From positions 63,221 through 127,220 of the forward strand of contig JAPUEB010000035.1 of the NCBI GenBank assembly GCA_027492795.1: DNA of 64,000 nt. Reading direction: 5' to 3'. Source of the stretch: Chryseobacterium sp. (GTDB lineage Bacteria > Bacteroidota > Bacteroidia > Flavobacteriales > Weeksellaceae). A program made the position numbers and the translations under genes. Below the pieces are notes generated by a model, which was given only the letters and a program-made list of their open reading frames with translations, was not told the DNA's origin and made no database searches. Below, piece after piece: positions 36,509 to 44,525 of the stretch (position 1 is the first letter of the stretch; the number at the start of each line of letters is the position of its first letter).

Positions 36509-37354
36509 TTATTGTTCAAGGTTTTTTGGTGGTTTGTTTTTATTTAAAATTGTCTTTGCATTTTTGGAACTTACCACTCTATTTCCTGTGCTTTCTTCCA
36601 AACGTTCACGCGCAACTTTTGCAACATCGCCTCCTTTTTTCGCAACTTCAATATTTTCATCTAAATTTTTAGGATTTACGGTTTGGGAAATATCTTTAGT
36701 GGATGCTTCCGCTAACATATTCAAAATCAATTCAGTATTTGTCATATGGTCGCGAAGATTTTCTTTTTTTAAATCTTTCAGTTTTTTATATTCTTTTGTA
36801 GATTTTCCTGACCAAGTTTTAGTGATAACATCTGTAAGAATAGCAAACTGAAGACCTTCCTTCATTCCTCTCTTCTTCCATTCATCTGTCAATTCTTTAC
36901 GAATTTCTATACTTTTCAAACGCTGATTTATCCAATTTTCTGAATATCCTAATTGCAAATATTCCTTCATTGCACGCTCTACCGTAAGTTCCGGATTTTG
37001 CATTTCATCCAATCTTTCATTGGCAATTTTCGCTAACCAAAGTTTAAATGGCTCCGCTTTTGGTGAAGGAATGGACTGAATTAAGCGAAAAAGTTGTTCT
37101 GTGTCTGCAACATCTGTTTTGTAAAATTTTCCGTCCGCAGATTTCATTTTCAGTTGACTACAATTTGTAGTCAACTCACTTCCTTCCTTTTTTAATCGGG
37201 TTTTTAGTACGCTCCAGTATTTTCGTGCATTTGGGCTTTCTGTTAAAACCTCAATTACATCAACGATAGAAAAATACCATTTTTCCTGTTCGTCATCCCA
37301 AATCGTACGAACTTTTTTGGATTCAAAAAGTTGTATTGCGTTTTTTTGTGTCAT
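36509..37354 (-). CDS. dinD: DinD-like DNA-damage-inducible protein with N-terminal Bro-N domain
   Basis: 281 aa. FESKKVRTIWDDEQEKWYFSIVDVIEVLTES...LFRLIQSIPSPKAEPFKLWLA. Confidence 0.7.
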   Translation of the reverse strand: MTQKNAIQLFESKKVRTIWDDEQEKWYFSIVDVIEVLTESPNARKYWSVLKTRLKKEGSELTTNCSQLKMKSADGKFYKTDVADTEQLFRLIQSIPSPKAEPFKLWLAKIANERLDEMQNPELTVERAMKEYLQLGYSENWINQRLKSIEIRKELTDEWKKRGMKEGLQFAILTDVITKTWSGKSTKEYKKLKDLKKENLRDHMTNTELILNMLAEASTKDISQTVNPKNLDENIEVAKKGGDVAKVARERLEESTGNRVVSSKNAKTILNKNKPPKNLEQ

Positions 37355-37395
37355 CGATTTTATTAAAGGTTTAGAATTTTAAAAATATGAAAATT

Positions 37396-38025
37396 TTACC
37401 TTACAATTTTATTCAACTCAATAATAAAAACCAACGTCGCATTTGGTTGAATCATTGGTGGTGCTCCATTTTCGCCATAGGCTAAATGTGAGGGAAGCCA
37501 AACTTTCCAGCGTGAACCTTCCGGCATTTTGGTGATGACTTCGCGCCAACCTTCAATCATTTCAGAAATTTTGAAAATTTGCGCTCCGATATCTTTGGTA
37601 GAATCAAAAACCTGTTGATTCAAAAGATAGCCTTCATATTCTACTTCCACAGCATCAGAGATTTTTGGAATTTCGCCGTTTCCTGCTACCAAAATTTCGT
37701 ATTGAAGTCCGTTTTCTAATTCAGTTACTTTAGGGTTTTCTTTGTTTTTTGCTAAAAAATTTCTGCCTTCTTCTTCGTTTTGCAACTGCAAATCCTGACG
37801 CAGCAACAAGACATAATTGTTGAAAATATCAATGGCTTTTTTCGGCGAAATTTTCCCCATTTCATTGTTGAAAATGGTTTTCATTCCTTCTGTAAAATCG
37901 TCGTATTTGATGTCATCAAAACCCATATCTTTCAGGCTCATCGCCAAAACAACACCCGCAGAATACGAAACTTTGTCTTGGTCTTCGGTGTGGTCTATTT
38001 TTCCTAGTAAATCGTAAATGTCCAT
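37396..38025 (-). CDS. FKBP-type peptidyl-prolyl cis-trans isomerase (FklB-like)
   Basis: 209 aa. C-terminal ..V.VEYEGYLLNQQVFDS......F....MIEGWREV...MPEGSRWKVWLPSHLAYGE. Confidence 0.85.
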   Translation of the reverse strand: MDIYDLLGKIDHTEDQDKVSYSAGVVLAMSLKDMGFDDIKYDDFTEGMKTIFNNEMGKISPKKAIDIFNNYVLLLRQDLQLQNEEEGRNFLAKNKENPKVTELENGLQYEILVAGNGEIPKISDAVEVEYEGYLLNQQVFDSTKDIGAQIFKISEMIEGWREVITKMPEGSRWKVWLPSHLAYGENGAPPMIQPNATLVFIIELNKIVR

Positions 38026-38085
38026 AAAAATTTCATTGTTAATTTGATATTGAAAATTTGATATTTGAAATTCATGTTTTTAATT

Positions 38086-40533
38086 TCAAATCTCAAATTT
38101 CAAATTGTTTAAATAATAATTCAATTGCCCGAAACTGATATTCTCATCATTTGGAGAGAGTTTTTCGTGAAAATGTAAATTAAATTTTTCGCCCAAAACG
38201 TCAATCGCCATATCTACTAATAATGCATTTTGCCAAACGCCACCGGAAAAAGCCAAGTGTTTTTCCTCTGTCACACTGAGCTTGTCAAAGTGTCTATCGA
38301 CAATTTTTTCAATAAATTTAATTAAAGTGTTGTGAAAATTTAGTCCGATTTCTCCGGCGTTTTTTCCTGAAAGTTTTTCATCTAAAATTTTATCAAAAAG
38401 TTTTTTTGTCGGAAGATTTTCAGAAGTTTCGTTTTCTAAATAATCAGTTAATCTGTGAACATCTGTGCAAAATTTTTCCTGAGAAATTTTCTCCAACCAC
38501 ATTGCAGATTCTCCTTCAAAATAAATTGGTTTTTCATAGCCCAAAACAAAAGCAACAGCATCAAAAAAACGTCCCATTGATGAAGTTTTGATTTCCGATT
38601 TATCAATGAGATTGGTGTAGATTTTCCATTCGTTTTCGTCAAAGAATTTTTTAAAAAAAATTAGATTTCGCACCTTCGGCGCTCCGCAATTCACGCCCTC
38701 ATCTTTCATTGGGCTTTGCCCAATGCTGTTGATTTCCGCCACTTCGTGGCTCAAATTGTGTTCATCAACCTTTTTGTTAAAGAAAATTGAAAGTGCGGAA
38801 ATTTTTGGTGTTTTGGACATTTTATCGCCTAAAATCCAAGCGAAATTTTCTAATTGTGAGGTTCGTGTTATTTTTGGATGTCGCACCTTCGGCGCTCCGC
38901 AATTCTCGTCCTCAATTTTCATTGGTCTTTGCCCAATGCTGTTGATTATCGCCACTTTGTGGCTGTTTTCTAAACTTTCAATTTCTGAATTTTCATACAT
39001 AAAAAATTCGCCGCCCCAAATTTCTGTTTCAGTTCCGAAACCGATGCCGTCCCAAATTATACCGAGAACTTTTTCTTTTTCCCAAAGTTTTTTTTCGCCT
39101 AAAATGGAAGCGAAATGTGCTTTGTGATGTTGGATTTTTTGGTTGCTCACAGATTTCCACAGATTTCCACAGATTTTTTGATTTTCATATCGTGGATGTA
39201 GGTCTGAAAGAATAAGATTTGGTTGAAAATTGAAAATTTTTTGATATGATTTTATCGTGTTTTCAAATCTTTCGTAGGTTTCAAAATTGGCCAAATCGCC
39301 GATGTATTCTGAAATATAAACGTGATTGTTTGGAACAACGGCGAACGTGTTTTTCAAATCTCCACCCAAACATAAAATTTTATTCTTTTGATAATTTTTT
39401 TCTGACAATTCATCCGCGAAAAAATAGTTTGGCGCAAAACCTCGTGAACGTCGGAAAATGATTTTTTGTTGGTGTTTTGGAGAAAATTTTATCACAGAAT
39501 CATCTTGTGGATGTTGAATTTCCAAAGTATTGTGCAAGAAAAAATCGGCGATTTTCCATAAAATAGTTTCGGCTTCTTCTGTGGTGGAACAAATCGGCGA
39601 ACCGTGAAAATTTCCGCTGGTTGCGATGAGCGGTTTTCCGAAAACTTTGGAAATGAGTTTCAGCGTTCCGGAATACGGAAACATTGCGCCAATCGTGTTC
39701 ATATTTGGCGAAATTTCTTCTATTGCCAAATCTTTTTTGTCTTTGATTTTTGTAACGATAATCGGACTTTCTGAAGACTTGAAATGCTGGATTTGTAGTT
39801 CGGAAACTTCTAAATATTCCTGCATTTTTTCAATTCCTGAAAACAAAACCGCGAAAGGTTTTGTTGGTCTGCGTTTGCCTTTTCGCAGTTCTGAAACGGC
39901 TTCGGGATTGGTTGCATCACACATTAATAAATAGCCTGCGGTATTTTTCAAAGCAATAATTTTCCCTTTGGCTAATTCTTCGGCTAATTTTTCAAAAATT
40001 TGTTTGTTTGTGCCTTTGAAATCGTTTCCCTGATGGTCTTTTAACCAAATTTGAATGCCACATTTCGGACAGGAATTGGTTTGGGAATGAAAACGAACGT
40101 CATCAGGATTTTTATATTCTTCCAAACAATTTGGACACATTTTGAACACTTCAATCGCCGTGTTTTCACGTTCAAAAGGGAATTTTTTCGCGATGGAATA
40201 ACGTGGTCCACATTGTGTGCAAGTCGTGAAAGGATAAAAATAGCGGGGATTTTTCTCGTCAAAAATTTCGGTTTCGCAATTTTCGCAGGTTGCAAAATCG
40301 GGCGTCAATGGAATGTCAACAACGATGTCTTTTTTCGTGGGTTTGATGAAGAAATTTTCAAAAACTTCGGTGGTTGCTATATCTTTGATTTCGGAGAAAA
40401 TGATTTCGGAAGATTTGGGTTTTCGTTCGTGAATTGCTTTGAAAAATGCGTAAGAACCTTCGCCTTGACAAATAATGATGACGCCCAATTCGTCATTTGA
40501 AACGTAACCTTTCAGTCCGTATTCTTCTGCCAA
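38086..40533 (-). CDS. hypF: Carbamoyltransferase HypF. The coding frame actually stays open to 40612, and three repeat insertions lie in frame
   Basis: Zn-finger CxxC pairs (CENC..CTQCGPRY, CPNC..CPKCG), YrdC-like and Kae1-like domains. The acylphosphatase motif GRVQGVGFRPF lies upstream of the track's TTG start. Confidence 0.85.
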   Translation of the reverse strand: MAEEYGLKGYVSNDELGVIIICQGEGSYAFFKAIHERKPKSSEIIFSEIKDIATTEVFENFFIKPTKKDIVVDIPLTPDFATCENCETEIFDEKNPRYFYPFTTCTQCGPRYSIAKKFPFERENTAIEVFKMCPNCLEEYKNPDDVRFHSQTNSCPKCGIQIWLKDHQGNDFKGTNKQIFEKLAEELAKGKIIALKNTAGYLLMCDATNPEAVSELRKGKRRPTKPFAVLFSGIEKMQEYLEVSELQIQHFKSSESPIIVTKIKDKKDLAIEEISPNMNTIGAMFPYSGTLKLISKVFGKPLIATSGNFHGSPICSTTEEAETILWKIADFFLHNTLEIQHPQDDSVIKFSPKHQQKIIFRRSRGFAPNYFFADELSEKNYQKNKILCLGGDLKNTFAVVPNNHVYISEYIGDLANFETYERFENTIKSYQKIFNFQPNLILSDLHPRYENQKICGNLWKSVSNQKIQHHKAHFASILGEKKLWEKEKVLGIIWDGIGFGTETEIWGGEFFMYENSEIESLENSHKVAIINSIGQRPMKIEDENCGAPKVRHPKITRTSQLENFAWILGDKMSKTPKISALSIFFNKKVDEHNLSHEVAEINSIGQSPMKDEGVNCGAPKVRNLIFFKKFFDENEWKIYTNLIDKSEIKTSSMGRFFDAVAFVLGYEKPIYFEGESAMWLEKISQEKFCTDVHRLTDYLENETSENLPTKKLFDKILDEKLSGKNAGEIGLNFHNTLIKFIEKIVDRHFDKLSVTEEKHLAFSGGVWQNALLVDMAIDVLGEKFNLHFHEKLSPNDENISFGQLNYYLNNLKFEI
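38668..38751 (-). repeat. 84-bp palindromic element, copy A, in frame in hypF
   Basis: tcgcaccttcggcgctccgcaattcacgccctcatctttcattgggctttgcccaatgctgttgatttccgccacttcgtggct. Encodes SHEVAEINSIGQSPMKDEGVNCGAPKVR. Confidence 0.85.
38881..38964 (-). repeat. 84-bp palindromic element, copy B, in frame in hypF
   Basis: About 90% identical to copy A and in the same orientation. Encodes SHKVAIINSIGQRPMKIEDENCGAPKVR. Confidence 0.85.
39146..39175. repeat. CACAGATTT-type tandem repeat inside hypF
   Basis: ctcacagatttccacagatttccacagatt. Related to the arms of the inverted repeat at 40889-40980. Confidence 0.7.
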
Positions 40534-40608
40534 ATTGAAAATAAATGGGCGAAAACCTACACCTTGAACGCGCCCTGAAATATGGATTTCTGTTGTTTTG
40601 ATGATAAT

Positions 40609-40755
40609 TTTTTAAACGCAAAGAGCGCAAAGATTTTTTTAAATGTTTGAAAATATTTTTAAGTTCGCAAATCGTTGATTCGCTGATTCCTCTAAAAATA
40701 ATAAAAATTTCAGAGGCAAAGATTCATCTAAAGATGAATTGCAATGTTCGCAAAG
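40609..40755. repeat. CGCAAAG-family element, copy 1 (abuts the hypF 5' end)
   Basis: ttttttaaacgcaaagagcgcaaagattttttta...caaagattcatctaaagatgaattgc..cgcaaag. Both ends are shared with 41507-41606. Confidence 0.75.
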
Positions 40756-40765
40756 ATTTTTCTTT

Positions 40766-40873
40766 TGTCATTCTGAATGTAGCACAGCGAAATGAAGAAT
40801 CTCTTAAATAGTAGATTTTTCACTCCATTTCTGAACTTCGTTCGTAAAACCACGTTTTATGTTCAGAATAACA
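40766..40873. repeat. GTCATTCTGAA-family MITE-like element, copy a
   Basis: Ends tgtcattctgaa ... ttcagaataaca. The interior gcgaaatgaagaatct is shared with copy b. Confidence 0.7.
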
Positions 40874-40888
40874 TTATTTTCTTTTTTT

Positions 40889-40980
40889 TCACAGATGTCA
40901 CAGATTTACACAGATTTTAATGTGATATATTTTAGAAACTTTTTTCTGTGAGAATCTGTGAAATCTGTGAAATCTGTGAG
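40889..40980. repeat. Inverted repeat of CACAGAT(T)T units immediately downstream of the protease gene
   Basis: Left arm tcacagatgtcacagatttacacagatt (40889-40916). Right arm tctgtgagaatctgtgaaatctgtgaaatctgtgag (40945-40980). Confidence 0.8.
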
Positions 40981-40983
40981 CGT

Positions 40984-41571
40984 TTAATTTTTTCTAATTT
41001 CATTAACCAATTCCAAAACCATTTCCGTGACTTTAGGGATGGCTGCAGCGACTTTCGGGGATAATTCTAAATACATCGGTTCCATTTTGGAAATCGTGAC
41101 GGTGTAAAGATAAATGTTCGGCATTTTTTCCATAAAGGTCAGAATATCAACCATATCTTTGAGCCCGAAATTGTGTCCGCTTAATGAAACGGGGAAATCT
41201 TCGGAAAATTTTGGTTTTAAAAGCGTGATGCTTCCTTCTTCTTTTCCGTCCATTGTTGCATCTACAATGATGACGTGTTCGTGACTTTCAATGTAGGGAA
41301 CCAAAGAAAAACCGCCAGTTCCCCCGTCCATAAAAGTTATTTTTTCGGGAAATTTTGTGGTGTCCAAATTTTTGATGAATTGAACGCCAATTCCTTCGTC
41401 GCCCATTAAATAATTGCCGATTCCGAGAATGAGGATGTTGTTTCCGTCGGAATGGAAGGAATCTGTGGTGTATTGAAATGTTTCTGTGTTTTTTTCCAAT
41501 TCTATATTTTTTAAACGCAAAGAGCGCAAAGGTTTTTTTATAATTTCTTGAAAATATTTTAAGATAAACAA
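40984..41571 (-). CDS. hyaD: [NiFe] hydrogenase maturation endopeptidase (HyaD/HupD family). Start uncertain
   Basis: ILILGIGNYLMGDEGIGV and ..IIVDAT.. motifs. The N-terminal about 25 aa of the track ORF are a translation of the CGCAAAG repeat. Confidence 0.8.
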   Translation of the reverse strand: MFILKYFQEIIKKPLRSLRLKNIELEKNTETFQYTTDSFHSDGNNILILGIGNYLMGDEGIGVQFIKNLDTTKFPEKITFMDGGTGGFSLVPYIESHEHVIIVDATMDGKEEGSITLLKPKFSEDFPVSLSGHNFGLKDMVDILTFMEKMPNIYLYTVTISKMEPMYLELSPKVAAAIPKVTEMVLELVNEIRKN

Positions 41572-41606
41572 AGATTCATCTAAAGATGAATTGCGAAGAC
41601 CGCAAA
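41507..41606. repeat. CGCAAAG-family element, copy 2 (overlaps the hyaD 5' end)
   Basis: ttttttaaacgcaaagagcgcaaaggttttttta...caaagattcatctaaagatgaattgcgaagaccgcaaa. Confidence 0.75.
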
Positions 41607-42002
41607 ATTTTATGTTTTAAATCTACAAAAAATCTACTACAAAAAGTCCGCAATTTTGAACGGTAAGTTTGTCGCAGCCCGACTTGAGCGGAGCTCTTTT
41701 TGTGGAGCGTAGCGGAACAAAAAAGCGGGAGCGGAAGGCATAAATGAAAAGGAAGCGAAGGCTTTCTTGAAATTTACGAACGTAGTTCTTGCTGCCCAAA
41801 TAAAAATTAAATCTAATGCTAGTTTTAAGATTGAACTTCCCGATAAATCGGGACAGGCTCTACGGAGTTCCTTTTTCTGCTATATCATTATTCCTACACA
41901 GATATTGTTCCTACGGAACAAAGCGTTTTTGAAAAATTAGTAAAATCTGAAATTTAAAATTCCCCGAAATGTTGTGTTTCAGGGAATTTGAAAAGGTTAA
42001 TT

Positions 42003-42758
42003 TTATTGATTTTCTTCTTGCTCCTGATAATCTTTGAAGCGCTCTTTTCTTACAAATTTGTAACCGCTGACCATTGCTGAGGATTCTCCGCGACCTTCCA
42101 ACCAATCGTGGAAAAGGACGAGGTAAAAATGCACCAAAATGAAGAGGATAAATGCCCACATTACAATGTGGTGGATTTTGCGGATTAAAAATTCGTCGGT
42201 GGTAAATAAATGCGTGAACCAAGCGAAAATTTTTGGGAAAAACCAAGTGGAAGTCGGCGCATACAAGGCAAATCCCGTGAAAATCATCACAATTGCCAAC
42301 ACGAACATTACCAAATATGACGCCGCAGCAACTGCATTGTGACCAATCGGAATGCTTGTGTATTTGTACTCTTTTTCATTGAGTAGGAAAATGTCGTATT
42401 TGATGACGTGCCACATTTTTGCCCGTCCTTCTTTGTCAAACGGCACAAACTGACGCCAATTTGAAAATCGGTTTCCCACAAAAGCCCAATAAACACGCAT
42501 TATCATCACGGCAACCATTGCATAAGCGCTTATGAAATGCACCATTCTGATTAGTCCCATCCAAAATTGTCCGGATGCTTCTTTGGCGGTCATAATTGCG
42601 GGTGGATTTGCGATGAGAAAACCTGTAATGATGAGGAAAGTGATGGCAAATCCGTTAATCCAATGGAAAAAACGAACTGGCAATTGCCAAACATAAGCAC
42701 GCCGAAAACTGACTGTTTTTACGGGAACTCCTTCTATATGAGTTGTTTTGGTTTCCAT
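42003..42758 (-). CDS. hyaC: [NiFe] hydrogenase b-type cytochrome subunit
   Basis: 251 aa, 4 TM. RFFHWINGF.. and conserved His ligands (HFISAY, HHIVMW). Confidence 0.85.
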   Translation of the reverse strand: METKTTHIEGVPVKTVSFRRAYVWQLPVRFFHWINGFAITFLIITGFLIANPPAIMTAKEASGQFWMGLIRMVHFISAYAMVAVMIMRVYWAFVGNRFSNWRQFVPFDKEGRAKMWHVIKYDIFLLNEKEYKYTSIPIGHNAVAAASYLVMFVLAIVMIFTGFALYAPTSTWFFPKIFAWFTHLFTTDEFLIRKIHHIVMWAFILFILVHFYLVLFHDWLEGRGESSAMVSGYKFVRKERFKDYQEQEENQ

Positions 42759-42777
42759 TTTTAAAAATTTTTAAAAA

Positions 42778-44514
42778 TTAAACGGTGCAAACAGAAACAT
42801 CATTAATTTCTTTAATAATATTCCCTTTTTCGTCGTAAAGATGCACTGCGCAAGCAATACAAGGATCGAAAGAGTGAATGGTTCTGATGATTTCCAAAGG
42901 AAGTTCAGGGTTTGCAACAGGCGTGTTAATCAAAGTGCTTTCGTAAGGAGAGCGTTCTCCTTTTGGATCTCGCGGCGAAGCATTCCAAGTGGAAGGAACG
43001 ATTTGCTGATAATTTTCGGTTTTTCCGTCTTTGATGTGAATCCAATGGCTTAATGCTCCACGAGGCGCTTCTATCAAACCAACGCCTTTTGCTTCTGCAG
43101 GCCAAGTTGAAATGTCCCATTTTTCCATATTTGCCATTCTTTCGTCGCCACCTTTGATATTGTTGATTAAATTATCGTAAAATTCTAAATTCCAATTGGC
43201 AACCAAAGCCGTTTCCAAACCACGTGCTGCAGTTCTTCCCAATGTTGAGAACAACGCTGCTGCAGGAACTTGTAATTTTGACAAAGTAGAATCTACAATT
43301 TCTTTAAATTCAGGACGCCCCGAAGCGTAACCAACCAAAACCCTCGCAAGTGGTCCAACTTCCATTGGTTGTCCTTTCCAACGAGGTGTTTTGATGAAAC
43401 TGTATTTTTTGGTAACGTCAAGTTGTTCGTAAGGCGGTTTTGGACCGGTGTAATTTATTTTTGTTTCGCCACTCCAAGGCTGTTTTCCAGCGTTTCCGTC
43501 GCCAGTGTAATCGTACCAAGAATTGTTGATAAATTCTTCAACAGTTTTTAAATTTCTAAAATCCGGATCGTGAACTTTGCTTAAATCTTTATTTAAAATA
43601 ACACCTTTCGGGAATTTAAAAGTAGCATCGTCTGCATTGTTGTGTCCGTTCATTGGGAAATCGCCAATCGCCATAAAATTATGGAAACCGCCAATTCCGC
43701 CCCAATCTTTATAAAAACCCGCAATCGTCAATAAATCAGGAACATAAACTTGATCTACAAATTCTTTTGCTTGAATTAATAATTTTTGAACCAAAGCCAA
43801 ACGTTCTGCATTCAAACCACTTGCATCGTCAATATTTACAGCACAAGCCATACCTCCAACCAAGAAATTCGGGTGCGGATTTTTTCCACCGAAAATCGCG
43901 TGGATTTTCACGATTTCTTTTTGCCATTCCAATGCTTCCAGATAATGCGCTGTTGCCATTAAATTGGCTTCGGGCGGAAGTTTCATTTGTGGATGTCCCC
44001 AATAACCATTGGCGAAAATCCCTAATTGTCCGCTTTCTACAAATTTTTTCAAACGTTTTTGTAAATCTGAAAAATATCCGGGAGAAGATTTTGGCCAATT
44101 AGAAATAGATTGCGCCAATTCTGAAGTTTTTTTAGGATCTGCGCTAAGTCCGCTCACAACATCCACCCAATCTAAAGCGTGAAGATGATAAAAATGCACT
44201 ACGTGATCGTGAACGTATTGCGAACCCATCATAATATTTCGCACCATTTCTGCATTTGGCGGAATCACAATTCCCAAAGCATCTTCCACCGCACGAACCG
44301 ACGCAATGGAATGTATCGAAGTACAAACTCCGCAAGTTCTTTGCACAAAAGCCCAAACGTCTTTTGGATTTCTGCCTCTCACAATATTTTCAAGTCCGCG
44401 AACCATTCCCGAAGACAAAAAAGCGTCTTTTATGGTTCCGTCGGTAATTTCAACTTCTGCTCTTAAATGACCTTCAATCCGTGTAATGGGATCTACTACT
44501 GTTCTGTTTGCCAT
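42778..44514 (-). CDS. hyaB: [NiFe] uptake hydrogenase large subunit
   Basis: 578 aa. PITRIEGH, RTCGVCTSIH, C-terminal DPCIACAVH plus a cleavable tail. Confidence 0.95.
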   Translation of the reverse strand: MANRTVVDPITRIEGHLRAEVEITDGTIKDAFLSSGMVRGLENIVRGRNPKDVWAFVQRTCGVCTSIHSIASVRAVEDALGIVIPPNAEMVRNIMMGSQYVHDHVVHFYHLHALDWVDVVSGLSADPKKTSELAQSISNWPKSSPGYFSDLQKRLKKFVESGQLGIFANGYWGHPQMKLPPEANLMATAHYLEALEWQKEIVKIHAIFGGKNPHPNFLVGGMACAVNIDDASGLNAERLALVQKLLIQAKEFVDQVYVPDLLTIAGFYKDWGGIGGFHNFMAIGDFPMNGHNNADDATFKFPKGVILNKDLSKVHDPDFRNLKTVEEFINNSWYDYTGDGNAGKQPWSGETKINYTGPKPPYEQLDVTKKYSFIKTPRWKGQPMEVGPLARVLVGYASGRPEFKEIVDSTLSKLQVPAAALFSTLGRTAARGLETALVANWNLEFYDNLINNIKGGDERMANMEKWDISTWPAEAKGVGLIEAPRGALSHWIHIKDGKTENYQQIVPSTWNASPRDPKGERSPYESTLINTPVANPELPLEIIRTIHSFDPCIACAVHLYDEKGNIIKEINDVSVCTV

Positions 44515-44525
44515 TTTAGTTTTTT

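Noticed and set aside
37396-38025. Calling the FKBP gene slyD (the nickel metallochaperone)
   Set aside because: The sequence has an FklB/FkpA-type N-terminal dimerisation region. It lacks the IF insertion and the His/Cys-rich C-terminal tail that define SlyD. A role in hydrogenase maturation is suggested only by its position.
38668-38964. CRISPR array, considering the 84-bp repeats and the other recurring short repeats
   Set aside because: There are only two copies, 129 bp apart. They are 84 bp long, lie inside an ORF and have no cas genes nearby. The other repeat families are dispersed rather than regularly spaced.
41911-42246. 111-aa ORF overlapping the hyaC 3' end and the repeat-rich spacer. 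The same applies to 47375-47617, 30523-30753, 34439-34750 and 45770-46144
   Set aside because: These are translations of repeat or spacer DNA, or are antisense to or overlap well-supported genes (hyaC, hypC, hypA). They have no motifs and an atypical composition.
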